Positions 48,419-62,617 of a stretch of 64,000 nucleotides of DNA are shown here, one piece after another. The number at the start of each line of letters is the position of its first letter. Position 1 is the stretch's first letter. The notes beneath the pieces are model-generated. The model searched no databases. It was not told where the DNA came from and saw only the letters and a program-made list of their open reading frames with translations. The translations under genes and the position numbers were made by a program. This stretch comes from Piromyces finnis finn (Eukaryota > Fungi > Neocallimastigomycota): NCBI GenBank assembly GCA_002104945.1, contig MCFH01000026.1, forward strand, positions 248,001 through 312,000. The letters are read 5' to 3'.

Positions 48419-48468
48419 TAACTGTAAAGCTGTTAAAAAAAAAAAAAAGGTAAAAATTTTAAAAATAT

Positions 48469-48549
48469 TGACTAAGGTGGGATTCGAACCCACGCCACAT
48501 GTGTGACCAGGGCCTAAACCTGACGCGTTAACCTCTCCGCCACTTAGCC
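48469..48549 (-). tRNA. tRNA-Leu(TAG)
   Basis: GGCTAAG/CTTAGTC-A stem, anticodon arm TCAGG-TTTAGGC-CCTGG, long variable arm, GGTTCGAATCC T-loop, and a T5 terminator just downstream. Confidence 0.95.
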
Positions 48550-48885
48550 AATTATATTTATATTCTTGAAGAGTCAATAATATAAAATTATTATTTTTGG
48601 ATATTTACCAATTAGATACCATACATCCTTAAAATAAAAAACTTTAAATCCATTACTCTACTTAAACAATACACACAAATTAAAAATTAAAAAATCATAA
48701 ATTATTGTTTAATAAAATTTTATTAAATAAAAAAATTTAGTATGTATAATACAAGATATGAAATAGTCTATGATATATATAAACAAGATTTATTCTTTTC
48801 ATTAAATAAGTAACTATATATAACTTATTATGGAAATAGAATCGAAATAAAATTAAAAAATGTTAAAAATAGTAATTCATTGAAT

Positions 48886-49895
48886 TTAGTTTTCGGCGGC
48901 AACGGCAATAGCTTCGGTGTTTTCAACAGCGTTTTCAATGTTGGCAGCTTCTTCCTTGGTGAAGTTAAGAGCGACCTTTAAGCTAATGGCTCTACCATCA
49001 ATGATCTTGTTGGAGCATTCAACAAGGATCTTCTTTTGTTCTTCTTCATTTTCGACTTCAATGAAACCGAAACCCTTGCTCTTACCACCCTTGTAACGAG
49101 CAACGTGGACCTTGGAGACTTCGTAATCCTTGAAAGCTTCCTTAAGCTTTTCATCATCAGTCTTGTATGGTAAGTTAGCGACATAGATAGTAGTCTTAGA
49201 TGGTTCACCACCTTCACGTGGCTTACGTTGTCTGTATCTCTTTTGCTTTCTGAAACGAGACTTGTTCTTGGAAGAACCTTCAGTGTTGCTTTCGCTACCA
49301 CTGCTTTCGTTCTTACCTTCTTCGTTAGAAGAACTTTCATCAGCACTAGCTTCAGATTCCTTCTTGTCCTTGTTAGTACTCTTTCTACGACGGACACTGT
49401 TGTTGCTACGACGACCCTTACCTCTTAAGTTACGCTTGCTTCTTCTCTTGGCAATTTCAGCCTTTTCCTTAGCAAGTTCAACCTTTAATGGTCTTGATTG
49501 GAATTCCTTCTTGTCGTATTGTTCAACACACTTCTTAGCTTCTTCTTCATCATCGAAGACAATGAAACCGTAACCAACGGAAACGTCCTTGCGCTTGTTA
49601 ATGAAGGCATCAACACTATTATTATATAAAAAATTTATTAATAATCAATATTACAATTTACCTTCATTTTTTAATTTTTTAATACTTACAACTTTAAGTC
49701 CTTGAAGAATTCCTTTAATTGTTCATCAGTAACCTTGTAATCAATGTTACCAACGAAAACCTTAATGTTTTGACCGTCAGAACTGACAGTGTTAGTTTCT
49801 TCTCCTTCAACAACTGGAGTTTCAACTGGGGTTTCAACTGGAGTTTCAGTAGCAGCAACAACTTCAGCAGTAGCAGTAGCAGTAGTTTCAGCCAT
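48886..49895 (-). CDS. Two-RRM RNA-binding protein (~311 aa; exons 49690-49895 and 48886-49615)
   Basis: RNP2/RNP1 pairs VFVGNI/GYGFIVF and IYVANL/KGFGFIEV, basic Arg-rich linker, a GT-AG intron that restores frame, and strong codon bias. Confidence 0.9.
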
Positions 49896-52787
49896 TTCTT
49901 TATAATAATAACAAATGAAATAAATAAAATATTATGTTAATTACTTGTACCTTTTTTTTATTATTTTTCATTTATTTACATTTAAATTAATTTGTGAATT
50001 ATCTCTTTGTGTTGTTTTCAAAATTGATTTTAAAATTATTGTTCTTCATTTCGTAATTGTTTTTAAACATTCTTTTAATTTTAAACTGTTTTTTTTTTTA
50101 ATAATATTTTTTACAAAATTATTTTTGACTCTGTTTATATCTTTTTTTATTTTTTTTTTTTTTTGATACTAACCTTCTATTTTAGTTTTAATTAAACGGT
50201 TCCCTAAAAACTTTTCAAAGTTTTTTTTTATTCTATTTAGTTTTTTTTATTACAAAAAGAAATAAATTTCTTTTTTTTTTTTCAAATACTTTTCTCTGTA
50301 CTAAATTGGATTAAAAAAAAAAAAAATTGAATCGAAATTTTGTTTTTTTATATGTTTTTTTAACATATAAATAAACAAATATTAAAAAATGATGAATCTT
50401 ATTTTTTTGTACTCTTGGTTTCCAAAAAAATTTCCAAATATATAATTTGCTTAATGCTTTAATATGAATCTATATATTAATAATTAGTATTAATTATATA
50501 TACCACCAGTATATAATCAATATATTTCAATTAAAATAATAGTATTGAATTAAGACTCGAATAATTCAATGTATTTTAATTATATTGGTTAATGTTATAT
50601 TCTGTTTCTTTCTATATGATATAATTGTGTTCTATCTTTAAATAATACAATTACACTATTATATATTATATTAAATAAGCTAAATATGTAATACTTTACT
50701 TTCAATATATATTAATATACCAAATATACAATAAATACCATATATTTGAGTATAATAACATAAAAACAAAAATTTATATAGTTAAATCTCAAAAATGATA
50801 GTTATATTAATATATTAGAATACTAGTATTTTTATATTACTATATATTAAATATTTATAAAATTATTATATAATAAATATATATATTTAATTGTTTTCGT
50901 TTTATTATTTTTAATTAATTTAATTAATATAAATTTATTTTAAAAATTATTGATTTTTGTATGTTACATTATTATCCATCAATATAATAATATATAATAT
51001 TATATATTAATATATTATTTGATATATTTATGTATAATACTTTTGAATAATATATTATTTAAATACTAGAACTTTATAAATTGAATAATATAATTTTTAA
51101 GCCATGATATATTGTAGTACATTGTTATTATATTGATTTATACATTTAATACATTAATTTTAAATAAATAAATAAATATGATGTATGTATTATTTATTTT
51201 AATAATATATTAGATTTTTATATTAAATAACTGAATAAAATATATTAGAAATATATTTAATAAGCATTAAAAAATATTATGTTTTTATTTATTTTTGCAT
51301 TTTTTTACTAATTTTTAGTATGAGCAAGAATGTGATTTAAAAAAGATACTTTTTTTTTTTTTCAACAGAATAGGAAGAAAGTTTTTATTTTTTTCTTATA
51401 TTTTTAACTTTATTAATGTTTCAACTATAGTAATTACAATAAAAGAAAAATAATATAAAAGTTATATGTAATAAATTGATGAAAAAGTAAATGAACAAGC
51501 ATTTACTCTTAATAAAAATAAATAATATTATATTATTTATTTTTATTGATTAATATAATTCAACTAAATAGCATTAGTTTCAAATTTATTATTTATACCG
51601 ATAAATTTCAAAATAAAAAATCAAGGCTTACAAATCCATCGATTTAATATGACTTTGTAATGAATAGAAAATTAAAAATTTTAAATTTTAATATATTACA
51701 ATGATGAATATAAATTTTAATTTCATTAATATAAAAATGTAATATTTATGTATATGTTCTATAGATATCTTAATTATTTTTGTTAATAATAGATCATCTT
51801 TTATTATATTCTTTTTTAACTATTTTTTTTTTGTTTTTATCCTTTATATATTATAGATCATTTGAATAACCCTTTCTTTCTTTTAAGCCAGCCAGAGTTT
51901 CTTTTTTTACCATTCTTAATTGAAACAAATAATAATATTTTTTTAAGCTTGTTCAATACATTGCCTTTGTAGTATGTAAAAACTTTCTATATATGGTATA
52001 AAAATCTAAATTATTAAAAAACAAAAATTTAAAGTTATTAAAATTAATTAATTAATTAAATTTAATAAATTTAATCTACATTTGATAATTATTATAAAAT
52101 TAATTAAAAACCTTTTTTATTAATAAATTGAGAATAAAATAATAATTAAAGTTTTACCTATTTTATTTTAAAAATTTCTACCAAGAATCTTTTTCTTTTC
52201 TTTTTTTTATTTATTTAGATAAATAGTGGTATTGGTATTGATAGTAGTGACTAAAAAAAAAAGTATAATAATTTCTATATTTAATATCAAAGGATTATTT
52301 GAAAAAGAGTATAAATTATACAATATAATTAAAGAATATATAAATTTTATATATGTAAATTTTTGGTAATTTCATAAGCTTTAGTATTCTTAAATTTTTA
52401 GAATATGCTTCAATGACTTAATGATCGTTTCTACCTAAAATAAAGTCTAATTTGTGTATTAGTATTTAATTAAAATAAATTATTTTAATTGATGACTATA
52501 TTAACTTTATTGATTATACTTATAAATACTATTATACTTGTATATTTAATAGTATTTATAATATATTATAAAAATTTTAATTATGATATAAATATGTTTT
52601 ATTCTATTAAATTATATCTTACCATATATTATATTATTATTATTAATATATATCGAGAATTGTTTATGATTTAGCCTAATATGGAAAATTACTAAATCAA
52701 AATTTGGAACTCACCAAAAAAAATAAAAGTGGAATTACATTTATTTATTTCTCTTTGTTTTTATTTATTTATTTATTTATTTTTAGT

Positions 52788-52999
<212 letters not shown>

Positions 53000-54595
53000 T
53001 CTAATTATTATTATCATTTACTTTTTTAAAAAATAATTACAATAATAATAAGGATAAAGATACATTTAAACAAGCAATCTTTTTCAACTTTAACCCTTTA
53101 ACAATAAATTAGTTACAAGATCTATTAAAAAAAGAGTAATAACTAAATAAATAATAACATATATATTATTTAAATAATATAAATAAATAAATAAATTAAT
53201 AGGAAATAAAAACTGAATAGTAATATATAAATGTTTAATGGTTCAATATCATCCTTGTTTCGTCAAAAAAGCTAAAATTTTAAATTTTTTTAAAAAAAAA
53301 TACGATTGAATAAAGTTTATTAAAATTGACAGGAGAAAATTGTTTATAATTAAAGTTTTTGTATTTTTCTGTTTGTACTTTTTTTATGAAAATGTTGTTA
53401 ATTTCTTTTTAAAAAAAAAAAAAAAATTATTTATTGAAAAGCAATAATTAGTCTGATTTTCATCATAACAAATAAATAGTTGAAAAGAATACTGATTTGA
53501 CATTTACAGGATGATCAAAATACCAAAATAATATTATTAATAATTTAAAGAATTAAACTAAATATATATATTGATAGTAGTTAAAAAAAAGGCTTTAGAC
53601 TTTATTATTGAAAATATTATTAAAATATAAATTAGTATGCATGCATATATTCGAAAAAAAAAAAAGTGACGTTTATTTAACAATAATAAAAAAAGGATTA
53701 TAGAAAAGAAACCATTCTTTTATCAATCTATATAAGAACTTTTTATTAAAATACAAATGTATATAATGAATGTATTTACATAAACAATTAATGTAGTACA
53801 AATGTAATAATAAAATAATATAATTATATATTAGAATATTTATTTATTATATTTATTTATAATCTAATAAATAGTAAATATTGCACATAAAAATAAAATT
53901 GTATCATCCTTTTAAATAAAAATTATTGAATATTCTAAAAACTTCAAAGCCATTTTTTTGTTTATTATATAATAAATAATGAAAATATTATAACATTTTA
54001 AAAAAAAATATAAAATTATATTTGGCGTTGGTAATCAAAATCATTTCATAACAAATTATAAATATAATATAGTTTTATTATTTTAATAATAGTAATTTCT
54101 TTTTTGTGAATTTATTTTTACCATTTTAATAATAATTTATATTTTATGAATTTATAATATTGATTATATAGTTATTCATGTCATTATAGTGTTATCAATT
54201 GAATTGAATTTAAAGAATTAATGTATTAATAAATGTGTTTATTAGAGTATTCATTTTTTTATAATACAAGGTATTATTACATTAGTAATATAATTCGTTA
54301 ATAGATATATAAACGAAAGGAATATTATTGAATTTTATAAAATTAATGATAATAAGAAAAAGACAACAACAAAAAAAAGGCTTCAAGATATAATAATGTT
54401 ATATTTACAGTGGAAAGACTTATTATTTTGTAGGTGCATTTATAAAACAAAAAAAAAAGGAAATTAATTTTATAGAGGATTGTTGAAATAATATTTTAAT
54501 ATTTAAAATATTTTCATTTTTGTATAGTTTTGTATAAATATGTCTTTGCCTGAATTGAATTTTTTTAAAAAAAAAAAAAGATTTACTTTTGAGGA

Positions 54596-55636
54596 TTATA
54601 TATTTATAAAACTGTAATTACTAAGACTATCATTAATATCAGTAATATTTGGATTTTTAATATTACTCCTAGAGTCATTTTTTTCAACAGTATTTTGATA
54701 TGGATTTTGCTGCTGTTGGACATAGTTATTTATGATTTTATTATTATTATGACCATTATTATTTTGCTTTTTTATTGTTGGAGTACATGAATTCATATCA
54801 CAATGAAAAGAAATATTATTGCAATCCGAATAAACGTGATTAATGCTATTATTATTAATATGTAAATTATTAATATTTAATGAATTATCTTCTTTTATCT
54901 GATAATTTGAAGAAAGATTATCTTCATTAGGTTGCATCATAGTCTGAATATTAGTATTATAATCATTATTATACATATCCATCATTTTATTATGTAGGTT
55001 ATTATTTTGATTATTTAGTAATTCTATATTATTATTGCTATTGATGTTATTATTATTATTGATGTAATTTACTTGATCATTATTATTTCTAAATTCATTA
55101 GAGTTTGGATTAAAAGATGATATATCATTAATATCATTCATATTATCATTTCTTTGATTTTGCGGTTGGGAAAAAGATTGGTTTGGTATTTTATTCTGAA
55201 TTTTATTATAATTTATATTATTTTTTATATTATCTCTTTTTTGTTGTTGGGCTGGTAGCGGTGATTGTATATTATCAAAAATTCTATTATGAGTTGAATT
55301 TGTTGAATGATGATGATAAAGACAATTAATATCATTTTCACTTTTGAAAGGTCTTAAAATACTTCTATAGAAATTTTCTCTATCTTCTCTACTTTGAATA
55401 CTTGATTTTGAATTAATGGATGATTGACTTCCACTAACACTTTTTTTGTACTTTGCATTATTTTTATTAATATTCATTTGATTTTGAACGATGGGATGAG
55501 GATGTGTTTCATATTGTGAAGGGTTCTTTGTATTTTTATATCTACTAGTATTTAAAATTTCATGAACCGATGGTGGATGATAATAAATTGAATTTTGATT
55601 TTCATCTTCATTTTCATTATGTTGCATATAATTTTG

Positions 55637-55692
<56 letters not shown>

Positions 55693-56040
55693 AATTTTGT
55701 TTTTCAAAGTTATCATTTTTATTATATAATGATTTTACATTTCTCCTTTCTCTCATAAATTCATCCGTTAATGAAACATGATTCATCATTTTATTTTGCG
55801 AGTAATCTTGATAAGAAAACTGATTTTCTTTTTGATTTTGATTGATGTCATTATTGCCGTTACTTATAGTAGCATTATTGTTGCCATAGTAATTTATATT
55901 ATTGTAAAAATTAGCATTATTACTATCTAATCCCATATTATTATTAGTATTCATAATATAATTATATGGATTAGGAATTATATTACTATTAATATTTATA
56001 TTTGCTCTATCAAAATTATTAGATATTGTATTATTCATTA

Positions 56041-56122
<82 letters not shown>

Positions 56123-59100
56123 GTTAATTGCATTGATAGCTTGATTTATAGCAGATTCGCGTGAATTTGGGTTTTGATTATTCATTTGGGGTTCAACTTT
56201 TTTCTATATATATCATTTTTAAAAGAAGAACGTTTGCCATTTTAATATTTATTTAAATTTAAATTTAGTAATATAAAATAAATTAACAAGAAATTGAAAA
56301 AAAAAGTATCTATTATTTATTACTTACTTTTAATGCATCATTACTTTTTGAATTTCCTAAACCAATATTATCAAGATTCATCACCAATTCTTCCATTTTT
56401 TTGATATCCTTTTCACGAGCATCTTTCTTCAATTGAACTAATTCATCTTCCTTCATCATCCATTCCTTTTCAACTTTACTAAACTCTTTATTAATATTTT
56501 CCATCATTAAATTATCATCATATTTCTTTTGATTGTTACCAATTGTTTTAGATAGCAAACTAATATATTGTTCTTGAGAACGGGCATTGGTTTCAAAGAA
56601 ATTATTTCTTTCTAAAAATAAGAATGTAATGATTAATATTTACATAGTTTTTCATTTAAAAAAAATTTTAACTATTATTATATAAAATTATTTTATATTT
56701 GGAAAATTTACTTGTCGCAATATCTTTCATATTATTTATTTTTTCTTCTTTATCTAATTCATTATTCCTAATAAATAAATAACATTAATAGGTAGAGTTT
56801 TTTTTTTTTTAATATACTATTTTTTTAAAAAAAAAAAAAAAAAACTTTTATTTCGTATAAAAATATTTTCTTTAATAGTAAATTTACATACCTTTGTTTT
56901 AAACTAAGATACCTTTCCTCATTTTCTATAGTTTAGTTATATATGTTGTTATTATTTATATATTATTTATATAATAAATACATAATTCAATTTGTTAGGT
57001 TTTTTTTTATTAAATACATTAATTTTATTCAATCCTACCCATCATGCTTTCCCACCATTTATTAACAATATCGCTCATCTTCCATTTATTTGATTCCATT
57101 TGTTTATAATCTTTCTTTAATTCTTCTGATAAGCGTTTCATTTCATCAGATATTTTCCTTTATTTTTTTTTTTTAATTTTTAATATATTATTAAGAAGTT
57201 TTAAATAGAATATTAAAAATTCATATCTATATTTATTTAAAAAAATGTTTAAACTCTACTTTTTTTTTAAATATTCTTCTTCTTCTAATCTAATTTTCTC
57301 TTTAAGTTTAGTTTGATAATTAATAATATATTTAGGATATTCATTAAATATTGGATAGTTTGTGTTGCTACTAAGAGAATAGTATGGTTTTAATATTTTT
57401 TTGAATTTTAAATCTTCTGGGGTACATTTTTTAACTTCATTGGTTAATCTAATAATTTTTGAAAATTGACAAGGGTTTTCTTTATGAATAAAAAACTAAA
57501 GTAAAAAAAAAAAAAAAAAAAAAAGATATAAATATATTTTAATATATTAATTATTTTTAATTATATCTAGAGAATTAAACTATTTAAATAATGGTTTATA
57601 TAAATTTTTTGTTATATTACCATAAAATCTTCAATATCTGTAATTCTTAAAATAGACTTCTTTAAATATTTTAAATAAGCAATTACAAAATAGTATAGGT
57701 AAGAAGGGTCACAACTTGTTAAAATATTATCCCATAAACAAAGCCATTCATTTTTAGAAAGAATATCAGAAAAGAAATTATTTACAAGTTCCCATCCATA
57801 ATACTTTTTTTAATAATAATTAATAATAATATTTTATAAAATAATATAAAAATTTATTATGTATTTTTTTTTTTTTTTTTAAATCTGCTGTAATAATAAG
57901 GATTTTACCTGACTAGTAATATTATATTTTACAAAATGATTATAGAGTTCCTTATCATGATAACTCAATAAGCTTTCTAACATATCTAAACATTCAATCG
58001 GAGGATTTGGATAAAATTCCCACCATTTCTGACAATAATTTACTATAATATATTTATATCACATCACATTTTAAAAAAAAATTAATATTATACACTATAT
58101 ATATATATATATTTTTCCTCTATTATTTATAATTCAATAATTAATTCTTTTGTATAAAATGAGAAAAAAAACATACTAATAACAGTTAATAAAATTTCGA
58201 AACAAGAAAAAGTATCATTTTCATAAATTTTTACAAAAGGGAAGATCATGTTTGGTAAATAATCAATATTTTCAAAAACAGGAGACCAGTAGCAAAGCAT
58301 AGACATGATTCTAATTTAAATAATATAAAGAACATAAATGTTTATAATTTTCAATATCAAATGATTTTGTATTTTATTCAATATTCAAATAAATGACATA
58401 CTTTTCCATTGATCTTAATACTCGATATATTTTTAATGGATATTTTTTTTTAAAATTAATTACTGCTGGATGTATATCTTTTGATGAATATAATTCATAT
58501 TCTGTTTTATTCTCTGGTAACTTTAAAATATATTTCCATATTACTTTTCTTTTTTTTTATATCATTTATTTCATATCATTGTAAAAGTAATTGATTAATA
58601 ATTTATGTTATACATAGAATTTTTAAAAAATAATAATTAAAATAATTAATTTTAAGATACCTATATTTTTCAGGATATTGAATGTTTTTCGATAGATAAT
58701 CCTTAAATTGCTTATAATTAATGACTTTTTTTACTGTCTTTTTTTTTAATTTTATTGAAAAATAAGAAAATTAATAAATAATACATTTATATATCTATAT
58801 ATGGATTATAGATATATGACTATACAGGATAATAGTATTTGGTGCTTTGTTATACTTACTTTATGTTGATCGATTGTTTCGTATAAGGATCTTACTTGAG
58901 TAGTAGTATTAGAACCAACCTCTATTACTAATATTTATTGATAAATTAATATTTAGTTTTCAAGTGAAATATCTTATTTTTAATAATAATATATATTAAT
59001 TATATCTATTTGTATTTATTCTTTCTTCTTACCATTAATTGCATCCTTATTTTTTTTCTTCTTATAATCTTTTTTTAAGGAACTTAATTTATTTTCTAAA

Positions 59101-60747
59101 GACTTACTTCCTTCTGTTTCTATTATAATTAATTATTTAAAATATTAGTACTATTACTATTGTTATTATTATTGTAAATTATATATATATATAATACCTT
59201 TAGATGATTCTTTTAAAGATTTAATATTTACTGGTTTCTTTTGATATAGTAATATGAATCAAAAAATAAAATTATTATTATTATTTTATATCTATTATAT
59301 ATTTGGATAATACTGATATACTATTTTGAAAATTAATAATTACTTGATAATTAATTAATTGACTGGTAGAATAAATCAATACTTTTGATTTTTGATTAAG
59401 AATTAAAAATATAAATTCACCATCATTTGATAATGTAAATGATGAGCACTAAAATTTATTATACAAAAATAGGCATATTCAAAATATTTCATATTTTAAA
59501 AAAAAGTACACCTTGATGTATAGTTAAAAGATAAGTTTTTTATATAATTTTACCTTTATTTCATTTCTAAAAGCTATTAAAGATCCTGTTTTTGTATTTA
59601 TAAATACTAGATTACCATCATTTGATAATACAACAACCATCTAAATTATGTTAATATAAATAAATGTTAATATTAGTTCCTATTACCATATTACCATATC
59701 CTTTTTATTTATTTATTTATTTATTTATTAATATTTTTTTATATCTTAAAATCTTAACTTTATATTTTTAATTTTACCTTTTTATTTCCTACATATTCTA
59801 TTCTTTTTAGTGCTGAACTATTTAAAATAGTAAGATTTAGTTCGTATTGTAAAACTTTTTCAATAATATTCCATATAAATAGAGTTGATCCCCTTTTAAT
59901 TTATAGATATTAATAAATATATTTATTTATTTATTTTTTGATATAACCAAATATTATGTTATGGTTTCATTTAAAATATATATATATGATATATGATATT
60001 TTAGTATGAATATTTTACATATTATAATTGTATTTTTATCTTGTATATAGTGGTATATTATTATTATTATTATAAGTATGTATATTTTTTACGCTTATTA
60101 CATTCCACCATAAACTAATTGGGTATTATCTTTTGACATAATTAATAACGATGTATTTTGAAGATTTGTTGGAAAATGTTTTTTAGGTATTATTATATTT
60201 TCATTTTTTAAGGCTTCCAATGAAATTTTCCATTCCATATTAAAAGTTTCTGAATTCCATATTAAAATATTGCCATTTAAAAAACTGGCAATAATTTGTT
60301 GACCTGATTTAGAAAATATAGCCTATTATATTTTTAAATTATGTATAAAAAGTTTTTATTAAATTGACAATATCCTAATAATAGATAAAATATATTGCAT
60401 ATTTTAAAATACATTTTGTATTTCAGAATCTTGAATTCCTATTAATACTCTCAAACAAGAATTTTCACTTAAATCCCAGACAATAACATCCTTAAATGAA
60501 GTAGATAAAAGATATGGTTGATGTGGATGAAACGAAAAAGCGTAAGGTTCTGAATGATGATAGGATGATAAAACAACGGCTAGTTTTTTTGAACCTAAAT
60601 TCAACCAAAATATATTTATTCGTTTTATAAATAAAAAATATATATATTATTATAAGGTAAGGTAATGATAAGAATATGATACTATTAAATTATAACTATA
60701 TAAAAAAAGTTGTATTAAAATATTTAATTAAAGTTCAATTTAGAAAG

Positions 60748-60784
<37 letters not shown>

Positions 60785-61832
60785 ATATATACCAATATTG
60801 TAACTTCTTATAGATTTATTAGTATGACCAACAATTATTTCATTTTTATTATATGGATTAAAACTAATACAATTTGCTGAAATTCCAGAACGCGCAATTA
60901 AATTATATCTTTATGATAATTCATAAATAAGAATTTACAATATTATATATTACGTATTCATAACATTTAAAATAAATTAATAACTATATATTAAATAGTT
61001 TTTTTTTTTTTTTTTTTTTTTGAAAAATATCCTCTTTGTATAAACTTTAATAATAAATATAAAAATGAATAATTACGTATTTCTTTCAAAATCAAATATA
61101 TAAATGTTTCCTTTTTGATCAATGGCTCCCATTTTAAAATGTTGTAATTTTGCGATATTACTTTCTTCAATATCTTTACTGACACCGTCTAAAATACTAT
61201 TATTTTCATGGTTATTGTCATCAAAACTCAAATCTTTAGTAATACATTTCAAAATTCCATAATCAACACAAATACTACAGAAACTAATATCATTCACTAT
61301 ATCTTTTTTTATTCCACTATTATTTTTTATTAATTTTGAATTGTTTATGCTTAACAAACAACTATAATTTCAACCCCAAAGAAAATAATAATTTATATTC
61401 AAATTTTAATAGTCCATTTTAAATTTCAGTGTTTTTTTATTTTTTTTTTTAATATTATTATTGAATTAACAATAACAATAATAAAATGCAATTATATTAT
61501 TTATTTATTTATTTATTTATTTTTATAATTAATAATAAATATATAAATTCCAATATTTATATTTCCACATTATAATTCCAGGAAATTCCATTCCACCATA
61601 TAATATAAAAATATATAAAATTATAATATGAAATGAAATTTAATATAGCTTCTTTTATCACTCTAAATATTTTATAATAAAATAAATCAAGAAAGCAAAA
61701 TATATAATAGTAAAAAGATAAAAAGAAAACAAACTTTATTTTTTTTTCATTGATTATGTTATTTAAATTTGGCCATATAAGATTTGTTTTACTTCCTCCT
61801 ATATATATCTTATTTTGATATTTACTAAACAT
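54596..61832 (-). CDS. TBC1D31: Multi-exon WD40 + Rab-GAP TBC + coiled-coil protein, TBC1D31/WDR67-like, with an Asn-rich terminal exon
   Basis: Exon translations AIDQKGNIYIFDF, YAFSFHPHQPYLLSTSFKDVIVWDL and GQQIIASFLNGNILIWNSETF resemble the TBC1D31 WD region as I recall it. TBC-like segments (ELHDKELYNHF, ILSKNEWLCLWDNI) at 57.6-58.0 kb. The splice DALK|KKVEPQM joins the 54596-56185 ORF in frame. Full exon structure and start codon not resolved. Confidence 0.72.
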
Positions 61833-62617
61833 TTTTAATTTTTAAATTTCTTTGATAATCTTTATGTTTTGGTTCTTTACTATTTATAACTATACTATTT
61901 TATTATATTATTTATTTACTTATCTAATATAATTAATTTATATATCAATAAAGGTAAGGAAAATAAATTTAAAATTAAAATTTCAAAATCCCAAAATTGA
62001 GATTTCTTATTTTAATTTTTTTTTTTAATTAATTAAATTAATTTTTCAAAAAAAAAAAAATTAAATTTGCTTTGCATAAAAAAAAGCTTTTTAATTTAAA
62101 AAATGTTTTCATTACAATACATTAATTAATGTAACGTATTTATTATACATTTTAAATGATGAAATGTATAATTTAATTAATAATAAAAATATAATTACAA
62201 TATACAATATCATAACTAATACAATTTATTAAATCAGATTTTGACCAATAAAAATATAGTACTTTTTTTTTTTCATTTTATATATAATAATCGATATGAA
62301 AAAAATTTTTTTTACTACACAATTTATTTTATTTAAAAGGTAAATATAAAGATTAAAAGTGTTTTTAAAGAAATGAATAAATCATTATAATATGATGGAT
62401 AGTAGTGTAAAATTTGATTTTGGGGGGTTATTATTAGCTTTTTAAAAAGAAAAATAATAAAATATGTAGTATTTAATGAAAATAATAATGCAGTACTAGA
62501 GCTATTATATCACAAAATTAATATTAAATATAAAAAATTAAAATAAAATAATTATAAACTTATATAATATATGTATATTATAATTTTTTTAAACAAAAAA
62601 GTACATTTTAAATTAAA

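Noticed and set aside
27780-48431. 12-bp direct repeat AACTGTAAAGCT at 27780-27791 and 48420-48431 as a TSD of the whole LINE array
   Set aside because: The left copy lies inside second-family LINE coding sequence whose homology continues past it (APYVEGLADFLTKTIP vs TPFLTVTAELLTKIMP). Chance or a captured fragment is more likely than a TSD, though not fully excluded.
48550-48600. LTR upstream of tRNA-Leu
   Set aside because: No TGAT/ATCA terminus at the 15-bp position and no match to families A-G; this upstream site appears empty.
51840-52000. Slightly GC-richer patch as a gene remnant
   Set aside because: No frame gives a recognisable, stop-free peptide.
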